Assembly (NCBI RefSeq): GCF_021869535.1
Contig: NW_026262701.1
Coordinates: forward strand, 35,340,001-35,404,000
Source: Mytilus californianus
Taxonomy: Eukaryota
Direction: 5' to 3'
Length of the DNA: 64,000 nucleotides
The notes below the pieces were generated by a model. That model ran no database searches. It saw only the letters and a program-made list of their open reading frames with translations, and had not been told where the DNA came from. A program made the translations under genes and the position numbers. Each line of letters starts with the position of its first letter. Position 1 is the first letter of the stretch. Shown in pieces: positions 47,800 through 62,300 of the stretch.

Positions 47800-48890
47800 A
47801 ATATCCATTTGACGTGGTTCGGTACTTATACATCCCGTCATTGTGTTATTGTGCTAAGGTAAATTTTTGTATTATTGTCTTTCGTTTTTGATATGTGCTT
47901 TGTCTATATGCCTTTTTTTTTTCTTTGTTGACATATTTGTTTGTTTTTATAGAGATTAAGATCATAACACAATGTTAACTGCTGTATCCCTATTTTTGCC
48001 TTCTTTATATATTATGTCTGTTTGTTTTGTTCACACATCGTTGTCAATATAAGGGAATTTTATGCGACTGTCATATAAGTGAGAGGTTTAGCTAGCTATA
48101 TAACTAGGTTTAATCGACCATTTTCTACATAAGAAAATGCCTGTACCAAGTCAGGAATATAACAGTTGTTATCCATTCGTTTGATGTGTTTGAGCTTTTG
48201 ATTTTGCCATTTGATTAGGGACTTTCCGTTTTGAATTTTCCTCGGAGTTCGGTATTTTTTTATATTTTACTTTATTCATCCACGTTAAATGAACTCTTTT
48301 TGACAGTTGTATCAATGATAATCATATCCCTTTATTTTCATATTGTTAATCCACACCGGATGCATATTATTAATCTCCCAATTGATACGATATTCCCGGG
48401 CTTGTATTTCCTATCATGATTTCCTTGATAGGGGATTGCTGCTCACAAGGAAGCTATTAAACCAAGAGTTTCAAATGGTGAAGTTGAAATCATCCCTTTG
48501 TAAATTTTACGGACGCCATCACGAGTTGGTTGACCGTTATGGAATAACCGTTTCACAGATGATATCGGATATGTTCCCTATGTCGTAACTACTATACCCT
48601 TCCCTTTTCACGAATGTGACCTACCGAATTAGACTACTTACCGGATTTGTAATAACATAAGCAACACGACGGGTGCCACATGTGGAGCAGGATCTGCTTA
48701 CCCTTCCGGAGCACCTGAGATCACCCCAAGTTTTTGGTGGGGTTCGTGTTGCTTAGTCTTTAGTTTTCTACGTTGTGTTATCTGTACTATTATTTGTCTG
48801 TTTGTCTTTTTATTTTTAGCCATGGCGTTGTCAGTTTGTTTTCGATCTATGAGGAGTTTGACTGTCCCTCTGGTATCTTTCGTCCCTCTT
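47800..48890 (+). mobile_element. Adjacent PLE 3' fragments (family 3 UTR 47800-48275; Naiad thumb plus UTR 48330-48890)
   Basis: ISQLIRYSRACISYHDFLDRGLLLTRKLLNQ and family terminus GGTATCTTTCGTCCCTCTT. Confidence 0.85.
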
Positions 48891-49007
48891 TTATTAACAT
48901 AGTATTAACTAGTCGAATTTAATAGAATGATTTCGATTATAATGTAGATTGATATTTTTTAAAGTAATGGATTGCTATACAAATGATTAATATATATATA
49001 TGATTAC

Positions 49008-49178
49008 CCGGACAAAGATCTGTATTACAAGCCTGCGATGACATGTTTGTTCCAGAGCATTCCAATCCATATAGCTCAGGTGCAGGATCATCGCAGTATC
49101 GAGCTCGGTACTGGGTTCCACCATTACAGGATTGTGAACATTCTGACCAACCTAACCACGAGCCCCATTTACCATGCA
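49008..49178 (-). CDS. TSP1 exon
   Basis: 171 bp, HGKWGSWLGWSECSQSCNGGTQYRARYC...CNTDLCP. Confidence 0.92.
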
Positions 49179-49484
49179 CTGTAATATAAAAACTTTATTG
49201 ATTCACTCTGTTCAAACGGACATAAACTATGCATTTGCTAACGCTTTTTAGGTATAATTGTAAGATTCAGTGGCTGTTATTTATTTACAATGTAATCATA
49301 TATACTAGTAGCGTTTAATAAATGCAACATATTAATCAATTATGTCTCCACTAGACTGCAAGTGATGTTTTCATGCTGCCGTCAAATTTCAATAACCGCG
49401 TTGCTCGTTATTATCAGAACTATGTTATGAACGTGCGAGAAGTCGGCTCCGAACTTTACAGCTAGAAAAGAAAACAAACACATC

Positions 49485-49845
49485 AAAGTTACCAGTATTA
49501 ATATTGTGTACGTCAGACGCGCGTTTCGTCTAAAAAAGACTCATCATTGACGCTCGAATAAAAAAGGTAAAAAAGCCAAATAAAATACGAAGTTGAGGAG
49601 CATTGAAGCCAAAAATTCTAAGAGGTTTTGCTAAACACAGCTATGGTAGAAATACAGCTATACTAGAAAATATTTAGTACTTCGAACAATTCAAAGTTTT
49701 GTAAATAGTTAATTTATAAATATGACAATATCAATGATAATTGATGTCAACACAGACGTGTGCTGTTCAGTGGGCTGGTGGAAACCTCCACCAACATATC
49801 TAAATAAACTCATCATAGATACCAGAATTTAGATTGTGTAAGCCA
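49485..49845 (-). mobile_element. Second retrozyme-like family, decayed monomer with hammerhead at 49510-49555
   Basis: Minus strand GAGCGTCA-ATGATGA-GTCT-TTTTT-AGAC-GAAA-CGCGCGTC-TGACGT; partial second unit about 330 nt away. Confidence 0.7.
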
Positions 49846-49960
49846 TTGCAAAACGTATGTTTTCCTTTTGTTCTTATTTTCATATCATATGTTGTTGAGT
49901 TCTATTTTATATACGTAACCAACATCTTATTTTATACACTTCTTAAAAAAATTGACTTAC

Positions 49961-50194
49961 CAATTTGTGTTTCACAAAACGTTCCTGTACAATTTGAATC
50001 ACATACACAGGAATAATTGGCAAAATTGCTCACACAAGTTGCATTATTTTTACATCCATTTACTTTGCAAAAGTTTGGTGGAATGTCACAATTAGCACCA
50101 CTATACCCACTTAGACATTGGCAACTGTAACCATTCTGTTCGCTTATACAGATGTTGTCATTGCCACAAGGACTTGTCTTACATTCATTATAAA
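49961..50194 (-). CDS. Double EGF exon
   Basis: 234 bp, YNECKTSPCGNDNIC...CQCLSGYSGANCD...CVCDSNCTGTFCE; missed by the ORF track. Confidence 0.92.
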
Positions 50195-52578
50195 CTGAAC
50201 AAAAATATGAAAAGGCTCTAGTAAAGTAAGAGAACGATACATGTTCATACTTGAAAATGTAAGCATATTTTGTGATTTAATACTAAGTCAATTGTAAGTA
50301 CAAAAAAAAGTTTATTTGGTGTCTACCTACATTTCCAAATAAGACTGGTATATTTTCTATTCGCATATATATCTTTTGTGACTATACATAATATAAAAAT
50401 AAGAAGATGTGGTATGATTGCCAATGAGATTACTTTCCAAATGAAACACAGTGACACAAAAAGTACTAGTAACAACTATAGATCACCGTACGGCCATCAA
50501 CAATGTCTTATTTAAAATTATAAAAATGAGAAAATAAAATCGAAATATGATAGACAGCGACAAACGACAACAGTTACTACTGGGTTACAGGTTTCTGTTT
50601 TGGGATATGCACTATAACAATTGACGTATTTAAGATTCGTTATAATGTTCCAACATAACATTTCTGTATTTGCACCATGAAATTTACTCTCAGTACAGAC
50701 ACACCTGTGCAACAGGAAAAGTGAAATGCCTGGCAGCAAAAAGATATAAACTAAAATTACAAGTATTCTATTTTTAAGGTTATTAAAAACGTTTCTTGGT
50801 TTTTATGAGCCTTTCCTTGCCCCAGATCGAGTACGGGAAAAATAAACAAACCCCTGAGTTTAATTTGGTACAGTCGACTCGGTTACTCTTGAATCATTAT
50901 TTGTTGTACAGATATGATATTTGTCTCTTTAGTGTACATATCAGTTAATATAATACAATTCAACTGTAAAGTGAAGGTGACATCTCAAATATTGTATCGT
51001 ACTTAGTTGGATTTTACACCATGCTTTAAATCTTTTTCAAGTTGCACGGTTTTGTCAGAGATAACTTTGTGGTGTCAACAAATATGAAAAAAAAAATGAA
51101 TGATGCATTTTTACTTGATTGTGTGTGATCAACTCTTCCCTAACAGAACCTAAGTAAAAGCTCCAATAATTAGTTTAAAATGGTTCAACGACTAAGTAAT
51201 GAGCACAGTAGAAAATAACGAAAATACCAAATGCAACAAGTACCGACAGAAGAGTACTCGCTGGTACTCAAAACTTAATAAACCAAGCCTCTCAGAAAAA
51301 AACGGATTAAAGGTAAACATGTCAAATTGGTTTTTTTATTGTTCCATTATAAATTAGCACCTTCGTATTCTTGTTTAAATTGTTTTATGCCAGGGCCTTT
51401 TAAAGACTTCTTTACGGGGTTGGTTTTGATCATTGTTAAAGACTGAACGGTGGCCTTTAGTTGCTTACTTCAACTTTATTTGGACTCTGAAAATAGTTGT
51501 CTCTCTTTGGCAATCTAACAACATCTGCTTAATTTTATATTCAAGAATGTTTTAATTTAAAGGATTAGTAATTGTAAATGGATCGTATCTTAATTAACGA
51601 GCTCATAAACAAACATTACCATAAAACGAGGATGTTATATCCCATTTGTTATAAAATTTCTACAGACACAGCCAAACTTCCAAACGAAATCTTTTCAATT
51701 ATTAAAGGATTAATTCAAGATTTAATGAATTTGTGGTAATTTTGACGGAATGATTAATCAGTTATGTATCACTACTAACATACGCAAAAAAAACAAGTAG
51801 GAATATATACACACCGTAAGAAGGACCAACGGAATATCCTCGTCCAAAAAGAAAAATTTACAAGTACTTATAAACCCTTGAATTTTGGGGTTTTGAGCGT
51901 TCCTGATTAAGGTAGATCAAGAAAAAAAGCTTTAGACGAACGAAATCTATAAACTTTCAACTAGTGTTATTTTTATCGACTTAAGGGAACAAAATGGTCA
52001 CTTTTGGCTTAAACTTTAGTAAAGGATTTACCTAGTTTGAAGATAGTTCTATGTTCCACCTTTCCATGTTAATCTGTATATCCTTTTCTATTTTGTTTTG
52101 CTTTTTTTATTTTCAAGTTTGGATGTTATTCCGACATCTTGTATTCTATACTCTTGTAAAGTTTTAAGGAAAAGTAAAATTATTATAAAAACAAGGGCAA
52201 TAGAAATAAAGATGGACAGAAAACAAAACAACAAAAACAAAATGTATGAAGAGATAATAACTATATATAGAAAAACTAAAGATTGAGAGCCACGAACCTA
52301 CCAAAAAACTGTTAGCACAGAGATTTGACTCGTCTTTCTTACCTTTAATGGTGTTGAAGCCATCGATGACTAACAAATCACGACTATTTTCGAAGGTGAG
52401 ACAAAAAACGGGAATGATGGTTCTTTTAAGGGTGAGCAGTTCTTTCTCCACAATTGACACCAGTTGAGTTGCTGATGAAGCCGTCTGTTCATAAGTCTAT
52501 ATCATATATTTTAAAATGAAACTAGTTCTATAAATGATAAAAACATGAAGTCAAAATTTGAAAAGTGAAAACAATTAC

Positions 52579-52764
52579 CGTCACATTTTGAAAAGGAAAG
52601 CTCTGTGTCTATCGTATCTGCCGTAAAAACATCATTCATCGTAAGCAAAGCATTGCTCATATTTGACGAACAATTTTCTGCGAGTTGGTATATCAAAGTA
52701 TCAGACAAAATACCAGTATCAGACAAAATACCATTGTCAAATACAAGCCCTGTAAAAGTCAATC
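52579..52764 (-). CDS. Last pentraxin/LamG exon
   Basis: 186 bp, (G)LTFTGLV...C...SKCD, same position and ends as plus exon GSGFSGY...C...GQCD. Confidence 0.75.
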
Positions 52765-53246
52765 CTGCAAATAAAAAAAAAACTAAAAGTGTATAATTTA
52801 ACCATTCTTTTGTCTAAAAGATTATTATTCATACCACTAGAAAAAACCTCTTGGCCAATAATTTTACTTAGATTTCGTGAGGATGGAATCGCATAGTAAC
52901 ATTAACGGAACTAATGTTACTGCATCAGATGAGCATTTTGACTATAAATGTCGCTAGGGATACTTGAGACAAAATTATTTGATAATTCAAACTTCAAATT
53001 ATCTGACTTTTTTTCTGTCTTACACTTTCAATACTAGTAGATCTAGTATTTCTCATGATAACAAAAACTTTGGGAGTTATCCGATACAATTTGAAGTTTG
53101 TTACTTCCTCACCTCACAGTTTGTAAGATTTTTAACAAGAATTATGTAATGGTTTTGTATTTCGAACTGTTCACCCAGTTTCCACACGTCCTATATTTAA
53201 CTTGTTTAAAAAATACTTAATTCGAACAAAGAAAATTTATTACCAG

Positions 53247-53347
53247 CTGCCTTCGCCTTGATTTCTAAAACTGGATTTGTTGAAAATTCAGTTTCTGCGT
53301 CTGTAGAGGTATCAAATATATGTTCGGTTTTCTTCAGTCCATTAATA
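53247..53347 (+). CDS. Probable SEA-like exon
   Basis: cag/gtaagt, phase 1 to 0, matches phase-0 start of 53878. Confidence 0.5.
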
Positions 53348-56300
53348 GTAAGTATTGATAATTGGATACAAAATAATGATTTACCACAATGATTAATAAA
53401 CTTCTGAGATTACTTTAAGATTGGTTCTTTGTGTCTTTTGTCTTTTTTATTTGTGCTTCGTGTCGATCTGCATATTGTTTTTACAAAAATCAGGCCAATG
53501 TTTTTTTTTTCATTTGAATTGGTTTACATTTTTGTCAAATATCGGGGACGTTATAGCTTACAGTACAATATAGGTTTTCATTATTGTTGAGAGCCATATG
53601 GTGACCTATAGTTGCTTTCATCCACGTAATATTGTCTCTGGTGGATAGTTGTTTCACTGGCAATTATACCACATCTCATATTTATAATTTTTTTTATTGA
53701 CAGTTTATATCCCATATTTAATCAAAGAATAAATCTGCACACTTTATCTTGTGTTCTTTTCTTCGAACTCTATGATTGATGATATTCTAGTAACACATTG
53801 AGTAACACATTGATTCTTTTTTATACAAAAGTGAAAGTATTTTTTTAAATACGCATCGAATACTAGTAATATTTCAGGTTGTTTGCGGAGATACCTCCTG
53901 TAAGCGTTCAACTGGCAACCTGAAAGTTGATGTGGAAATTTATTTTAGCATAGAAAACACAACTGTTTCGTCGATCAAATATGAAGAAGAAGTACTGACT
54001 GTAACAGAACTGATGTATGTAATTGAAAATGAGTTCTCTTCAGAGAACGTGACACTGGATAGCGGAAACCATACTACAGACTTTTTAGGAATTTCATCAA
54101 ATGGACTGGAGATTAAATGTCCCGAAAATTCCATTCCTGTGTATTGTAATACTATAAGTTGTTGTAAGTATACTGATATTTTTATTAAACTACTAATAAA
54201 ACAAATATGTAAATGACTTTTTTTACAAATAGTGATCTAGAAATTTTAAGGGGAAAAAGTAGTCTTGTACATGCAGTGCTCATATATGACCATGTAATCA
54301 CTAAAATGTTTAACTCAAAGGTAAATTGAAAAAGGGGAAGTCAATAAAAACTGACAAAACAAAGCTCTATTGTATCAAGCAAGTACGATTGAACATACAA
54401 ATTAGGTAAAGAAAAATGTATTTAATTAAGGCAACATTAGTTTACCGATGCTCAAATCTCATAAATCGTTTAAGATGATAGAAATCAATGTAACACACAG
54501 AAACCGAGGCGTCGTATAAACTCCAAATGATCGAAATCAGGTGTTTTACAGGGTAAGCGTCACCTGCTATGTATAAATCACCGCCATGCGATTCTATACT
54601 AAGTCATTCAACTTGTAGGCCCTTTAGTCTTATTTTCAATCTTCATATTTTGGTTGACCACTATGTAATATTTGTTTTGCAGTTGACGACCAAGGATCTT
54701 TTTATCTTTTCATGACATCAATAAATGCGACTTATCACCGGATTTTTACTCGTTATGAGCAACACGACGGATAACATTATTTAACCAGGAACTGCTCCAT
54801 TTTTTATTATATACTCGCTTTTACCCCCGGTTTTGTTTGTGGTAATTGTGTTTCTCATATAGTTTTCCTTGTAGTATTATTTCGGACTGTTGTTTGTTTG
54901 TTCTAGTTTTCCTTTGGTCAATGTGTTGACCCTCTTTCTTCGACATCTGGTTATTCTTTGTCACCTCCTATCTCCCTGTCCCCGTGGTGCCTTTTTCCTT
55001 TTTTCCTATGATCAAGACCATAATTTTTTAATTTAGTTAATAGAATGTTTCCATAGCTCATCAAAAAATAATGAAAAAGAAATATCTTCAATTTGTCATT
55101 CAAGTGCCTTGTCCAGCTGGATCATATTATGATAGTGTAGTGAGTGAATGCATCAGGTGCAAAAGAGGATCCTATCAGCCAAATTCTGGACAAAGAAGTT
55201 GTATTTCATGTCCCAAAAGGCTGATAACAGCTATAGAAGGGGCTATTGAATCATCAGAATGTGAAGGTAATATCTCTCAAATACTTTCTTTAATTTTATC
55301 AAATCAACTTATGATGTCGACCGTTGGTTATATCTGTAAAACAGATAATTTTATGTAAATTTTAACTCTCAAAGTAATGCCAAATTTAAATATTAAAATG
55401 AAATTAAGATTTAATCTTATGAATAGTTATTTCTTTTATATGTTTATCGGTATCATTAAATCAACATTGTTTCTTCAATTTTTAACTAAAATAATTGTCT
55501 GCAAATAAATCAAAGTTTGATATTGAAAAATAAGAATAAGGAGATGATTACCAATGAGACAACTATCCACCAAAGTTCAAATAAAGTGGATGTAAGCAAC
55601 TATATGCAACCGTACCGACTTCAACAATGAGAAAAACCCATACCGTATAGTCGTCTATAAAAGGCACCGACATGAAAAATATGAAACATTTCAATTGAGA
55701 AAAATAACGGCATAATTTATAACAAAACAATAAACGAAAAACAAATATGACTGACATGAACCAACGACAACCACTGAACTACAGGCTCCTGACTTGGGAC
55801 AGGCACATAAAGAATGTGGCGGGGTTAAACATGTTTGTGAGCGCTCAACCCTCCCCTAACTTTGAACAGTGGTGTAACAGCACAACATAAGAACAAACTA
55901 TAAAAATCAGTTGAAAAAGGCTTAACTCATCAGATCGATAAAACCCATTTCAGTAGAAATCTATAATGAAACCATGAAGTTTATGATAACAGTCACAGTT
56001 TGTATACTCGTATATTACCTTATAGCAAAACACTATCTAAATTGAATTAAATATGCAACCTATATTGTATTGAACTTTGCAGAAGCCTGTGTTCCTGGAA
56101 CATGGTCTACAACTGGATTACCACCTTGCATTGAATGTGATATCGGATATTATGAAGAAACTTATGGATCTGTGAATTGTTCAAAATGTCCCGGTAACAA
56201 AATTACCTTAATGGAAAGTAGAAGTAATGTGTCAGAATGCTTTGGTAAGAAACTCTTATTAATAGTCGAATGATACATTTGAAACATAAAGGAACACGTT

Positions 56301-59300
56301 TATGATGCAGTTCATTAATTATAAATGACAACACCAATAATAAAAAGGTCAATTTTTTTTTACAGATTTCACGTGTAATTTATTTTCATTTAATTAATAT
56401 TCTGTATATATCTTAATACTTTAAATGCGAAACACGATTGATAATTTTGGGACGTCCGAATCGCTTTTCTAGGTTACTTTCAGAAGGAATGCTCAAACCA
56501 AAACAATTATTTGAAAGATAAGAATGTAAAGGTATTTGAATAAGTACCAAAAAGGACATACAAATAATCTATCGAAAATCTATTTTTCTTAATAATTTTC
56601 TTAGTAAATTCCAAAAGAATAAACAGAGAGTATAACAAAAGTTATTTTACAGGAAATATCAGAACTAATGAGCTGATGATTCTTTCGGGAATATTATCGA
56701 CTAAGCGTTTTTTGTAGATGAGTTTATCTAAGTTTAATTCTTATATTAACCAATAGAAACATTTTAACCCCAACAACGAATTATAAGATGAAAATTCTTT
56801 TTTTTTTTTTGTAGATTTTGACATAGGGTTTCCTAATATGTCAGACGTTAGTTACACGGACCTTGAGATTTCGACCGTAACTTTCCCTCTCTTGGTAACA
56901 TTGCATGCAAAATGCGACACGAATTCCTCTGGAACTATCTTCCGCGTATCCTCAGACGTGGTTGTACTTTTAGAGATTGATGTAAAACAAGTAGTATTTT
57001 ACAAGTAAATAAAATATTTCAAGAATTAAATAGACAAGCTGCTTAAAAGACACCCGACATTAGTTTATCACTATAGCAAATTTAGTCTCGTGTTTTTTAT
57101 TTTTATTTCTCCAAACTATTTGGATGTTATCCTTAATTTTAAATATTCTGTTAATGTCGAACTCAGAACTATAATTATTTTTCAACGTTAAACAAAACAT
57201 CTAAAGACTCTCAAACATTTTATTCTGAAGTGTTTTGATCTTTAAAATAAGCATATATTTCATTGCCCGAAAAAATATATGCTAACGTGAAATACTTGTC
57301 CAGTATCAACACATTTTCATAGAAATAACGGGAGAGAAAGAACTGTGTGTACTAGTCCAAAAAAGACCCCAAAACTATATATTTGCAAACCTATTGAAAT
57401 AGTTATGAATTATTTTTTGTTTTCTAGAAAAGAGTTGTCTTTCTTCACATTACCGAATCTGAAGCCATAGTACAAGTTTCCCGGATTATTCAGATAAACA
57501 ATTTCGCATTAATGTAAATAGGACGTTTTTATTCATTTCATTCATTTTCCTTTTAGTAAAACATTTCAGATGCCAGTAGATTTGTGTCAACGATGGGTGT
57601 ATATTGAGATACATGTAAAACAGAATTTTACCATTATGTATATTGATAGGAAAGAAATATTCAAAACATTGATCAACTTTGATTTAAATGAGATCTCCGG
57701 CTTAAATGTTACCTTAGGAGGTAAATATGTTTTTTGCTGGAAAGTAAAGTTTTAATGTCTTTGATGTGTAAACAATCGTTAACAAATGACTGTACCAAAA
57801 ACCACAGAAAATAAACATTACTAAAACATATAAAGATAAAAGTAATCATACAATTTCTCCTTATTTTATAGTAAATGAAAAGTCTTAATATTGTTCTTTG
57901 TGAGTACAGCTAAAAATTATGTTTAGGCTTCAAACGTTATGTTTTCAATCTATCGGTCAGGTTATATTTCATGTGTTGTAATAGATACCGTATAGAAATT
58001 CTGAATTTTTAGCATCTACACAAACATTAAACTTTCACCTCCTTTTATCCGTAGGGAATTTACTTATTAATGGTGTTGTTTTATTAGATATGAATGAAAA
58101 TTACAAAAATCAATGTTTTCGTTTAACATAGTCAAATATTTTTTTTTTTCATCAGGGAGTGGTTTTAGTGGATATATTTCACAGTTTAACATAAGGTCGT
58201 TAACAGCTAACACAACAGAAGGTTACACGTTCCCCATGTGCAATAGTGAAGACATAGAAGATGGTTATGTCAACTGGGAAGACTTTCCATATAGTAATCT
58301 TGTCAATGCCTTCATTAATATTCCTGGCCAGTGTGATGGTTTGTATACTCTACAAATGATTTGTATATACCAACTAAGTATTGCGCATGTATTCTATATA
58401 CAAATATAAGTATATAGGCATGTAAATGTGTTAAATATGAGGAAGCTGTAGATGGCATTTGCATTTATAGATTTAACCACAGTGGACATTTACAGGTACA
58501 TGCGAACGAAAGTCCTAGCACCTTTTTACATCTTGAATCTATAAATGGTTACCAGTTTTCAACTGAATCATTGAGAATTGGAATAAAACTCAATTATGAA
58601 TCAGACTATCTTCTCTATTTGCATCACAATGCCACACGAATATCATCCACAGTATAAAAAACATTCAGAATAATATGAAGTTTTCTGACTTGTCATATCT
58701 TATTGTTATTGACGATTATTGATATTGGACCAGATGGACAATACATTTCATTCCGTAAGGTCACATTATAAGTCGTGTGAATTAAGTAAAACTAAGATTC
58801 TGACTTCATTTATGCGCTTTAGACCCATTTTAATATTGATACATTCGAACACTATATTTATTTGCCACCCCTTATTGTGTTATTAAAGTTTATTGATACT
58901 TTCAAAAGTTTCCTCCATAACATTTTAAGTTGTACATAGAAGCAAAGTGAGCAGTACATGTTTCTTAAGTTTTCTTTTCATTTCTCGAACATGCTACACA
59001 GAAATATCTGTTCAGTTATTCACATCATATGAAGGGTCTCAGTTAGACAGCGTGTACGTTATTTCAAGAGATCTTGTATTTCAGTCGTTTGATTGAAATT
59101 TTAGAAATATACAAAAGGTATAATTGGATTGATTACAGATTGATAAATATTGCTGTAACTTTCAATAGCGTGTAAGATCACGTTAAAGAGTTTAAAACTC
59201 AACGACGTTGGCCTGTCTATGGTTAAGCTAAAATTTGTCAGTACTATCTTTAAAATATACCGTTTTAACAATGGTGCGTTACTTTTGAGTTTGGGTGTTC

Positions 59301-62300
59301 CTGGAAAGGCGCTTCAGACAAACGGAATAAATTAAGTGTTATTGTCATTTAAAAGATGGGTAGGGTGATTGTGTATATGTAAGTGTGGGTGATTCATTTA
59401 TTAAACACAGTGATATACGATTAATTCATGTGTCATTTGATTATTTTTTTAATAACAGATGTAGATGATTGTATGAGTTATCCTTGTGGAAACGGAACTT
59501 GTACGGACAAACTAGGAGGCTACAGATGTACCTGTCTAGGGGGATTTACTGGACCAAACTGTAATGTTAATATCAATGATTGTATCGCTTGTGCATGTCA
59601 AAATAACGCTACATGTTTGGATGGTATTTCAGCCTACTCATGTCTGTGCATTAATGGATATAAGGGAGAGCTTTGTGAAATTGCTTTAGGTTGGTATAAT
59701 TTGTTCTTATTTTTTATTGCATAATACCATTTTTAAGTAATTTGGGGAACATTGAACTTAAGGAAACTATTAATCATGATATGTCTGCAACATATCTCTT
59801 TGGCCGGGTTGTTGTCTCTTTGACATATTCCCCATTTCCATTCTCAATTTTATTTAATTCCTGGCTGAGTAAGAAACTTGAAACAACAAATGTAGTTAAT
59901 TATTATAATGGTTTATCATAATTTTGTTATTTTTTGCAACGAGAAAAGAATAATTAGTTTTGTCTATTACATTATCGATTAAGCCTCTGTGTTTTCCATT
60001 TTGTTTGAAAAGGGGTCACCTGTTTCATTACATAATTTTTCAAAAGTTCGTTTAAACATGTTTTTCGATTTTGATGTTGTAAAATAGAGGCGAAAGATAC
60101 CAAAGGGACATTAAAATAAAAAAAAATATAAGACAAAACGAAAAACGACGAAGATGCAAAAACACAGTCTACAAAAAACTTCGTAGGAAATTAAGGACTA
60201 AGCAACACGAACACTACAAAAAACTGAGGGGATCTGAGATGATACGGAAAGGTAAGCCGATCTGGATCCGAATGTTGCTGTCGTATTGCTCTTGATAAGT
60301 AATAAAGGTGATAAAAAAGTATCAACAAAAATACCGCCCTCAAAGATAAGTGTCATTCACAAATGATCCACTGATGTCACAATCGTGGAAAAGGGTACGA
60401 GATTGTGGGTAGAATAATTGGAACATACCCGTGGTTATCTATGACAGTAACAGTCAACCAAATCGTGATGGCGTTCGTAATACTTTCGAACGGATGACTT
60501 CAACTATTCTAGTTTGTTCAATAACTTCCTTGTAAGCAGCAACACTCTATCAGGGAAATCATGATAGGAATGCAAGCTCTGGAATATTGTATCAATTTGG
60601 ATATACACTCCATATGCAGGCGCTGCTGGTATGTTGCTACATATGAAATCATCTTTGTTGTCCTTAAGTTTTTTGCCAACCGACCCTCATTGTAAATGTC
60701 TAGTTGCAAGAAAAGACATGAGACAAACTTCTGTTGTATCCTTTATTTCAAGTTCGATGTGATAGTTGCGACATCGTCTATATAGCGGACCATGAAGCTA
60801 AAGGGTAATGCTACCTTCGTTTGATTTTTCCAGAGAACCTCCTGTATGAAGTTTGCATCATGATTAGACGTTTGGTAGTGTACCATTAAAGAACATTAGT
60901 CGGGGATGTAGCTCATTGAAAAAATATCCAACGAAAAGACATTTTTGTTAAAAGTTAAAAATACAAGGGTAAAACGTTATCGAATAAAAAAAAGAAATTT
61001 CTCGTCCTTAAGGTTCACGAATTTTAATTCTATAACACTGTTTTGATATTTTCAAGTACACATGGCGGGTCAAACTAAAGTGTTAAGATATCACCAAAGC
61101 TATGAATATTACAACAGCCAAACGTGACTTAGATATGTGAAGCATTACTCACTCATATTTTTACTACTACACTTTTTCATGTATTTAGTTGATGGTGGAT
61201 GGACTCATTGGGATAATTGGACAGAATGTTCTACAAGTTGTGGTTATGGGACAAGACAAAGAGGCAGATCTTGTTCTAATCCTCTACCTGATAATGGGGG
61301 CCAAAAATGTAATGGAACTGATACAGAAATTGGGGACTGTCTTTCAGAACCATGTCCAGATACAAAATGTACACGTTAAATTTCACAGTCATGCAAAAAG
61401 GAGCTGTGGAGTATGAATTAATGGAAATCCAACGATAAATAATCTGAAAGACATATATATATATCACCATACGGTGTTCAACACTATATGCTACAAATAA
61501 TATGCCAAGCTCTAAATTAGTTAAGACAGGTGAAAATAAGAGTGACTATCAAGATCTACCTTCAAGACCAATTTCGCAATTGGTTAACACATAACGATAT
61601 AATCAACACGAAAACAACCACTGAAGACGTCTTGGACCTTGACTGGGCATAATTATCCCTCCCCTATGTAATAGTATTTTTTTCTGTTAGAAAATAGGAC
61701 AAATTGTCAATATTCAATTCAGAGCGTATAAACAATTTGTTAATAATAGTTCTTACTACAGTAATTTATTAAACATTTAATGACTATGATTTATTAGTAG
61801 AAATATTCTTATTCCATTTTATAGTCTTCTGCCTTAAATTTTTGGAGAATTCCTGTTGGTTGTATGAAATAACCATTATCATAAAGTTGATATAGAAATA
61901 TATGACAGGTCCATAGTGCTTACATTGGAATTGTGTGTCGATCATTTCAGAATGCATAGAACTACGAATCACTCTTCCCTTTTCTGTAATGAATCAAACA
62001 ACATGATTGTATGTTATCACAACTGTGATGACGGTTATTGGTTCGATCAGGATGTCAAGCCTGATTATTGGTGTGGAAATAAAACATTCCATTTGTGGGA
62101 TTTTCAAACGGAGGAAAATCCTTATGCACGACTCCCATCTTGCTCAGGTAAGTAATGGACCACTTTTGATATCTTAAATTGTCTTTTCGGCTAAACTTAT
62201 TACAAATATAGAATTTTCTCTATTTCAATGATTACTGGTTAATGATTAATGATTAACTCATGTTAATTAATAGAAAAAGACTTTTTAATAATGTGATTTT

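Larger units (their letters stand above)
36432..52764 (-). pseudogene. 3' half of a modular type I membrane protein gene (pentraxin end, EGF x2, TSP1, sushi-like, SEA-like, linker, [GCC inverted], stalk, TM, tail); disrupted allele
   Basis: Exons chain in compatible phases through to a stop at 36432; one +1 frameshift, one inverted exon, 5' half not in this orientation. Confidence 0.75.

Noticed and set aside
52872-53120. Possible sushi-like exon DFVRMESHSN...FDYKCR*GY
   Set aside because: In-frame TAG and no convincing donor; kept only as a weak hint.
57428-57516. Possible middle pentraxin exon KRVVFLHITESEAIVQVSGL
   Set aside because: Phase and donor could not be reconciled without assuming a frameshift.
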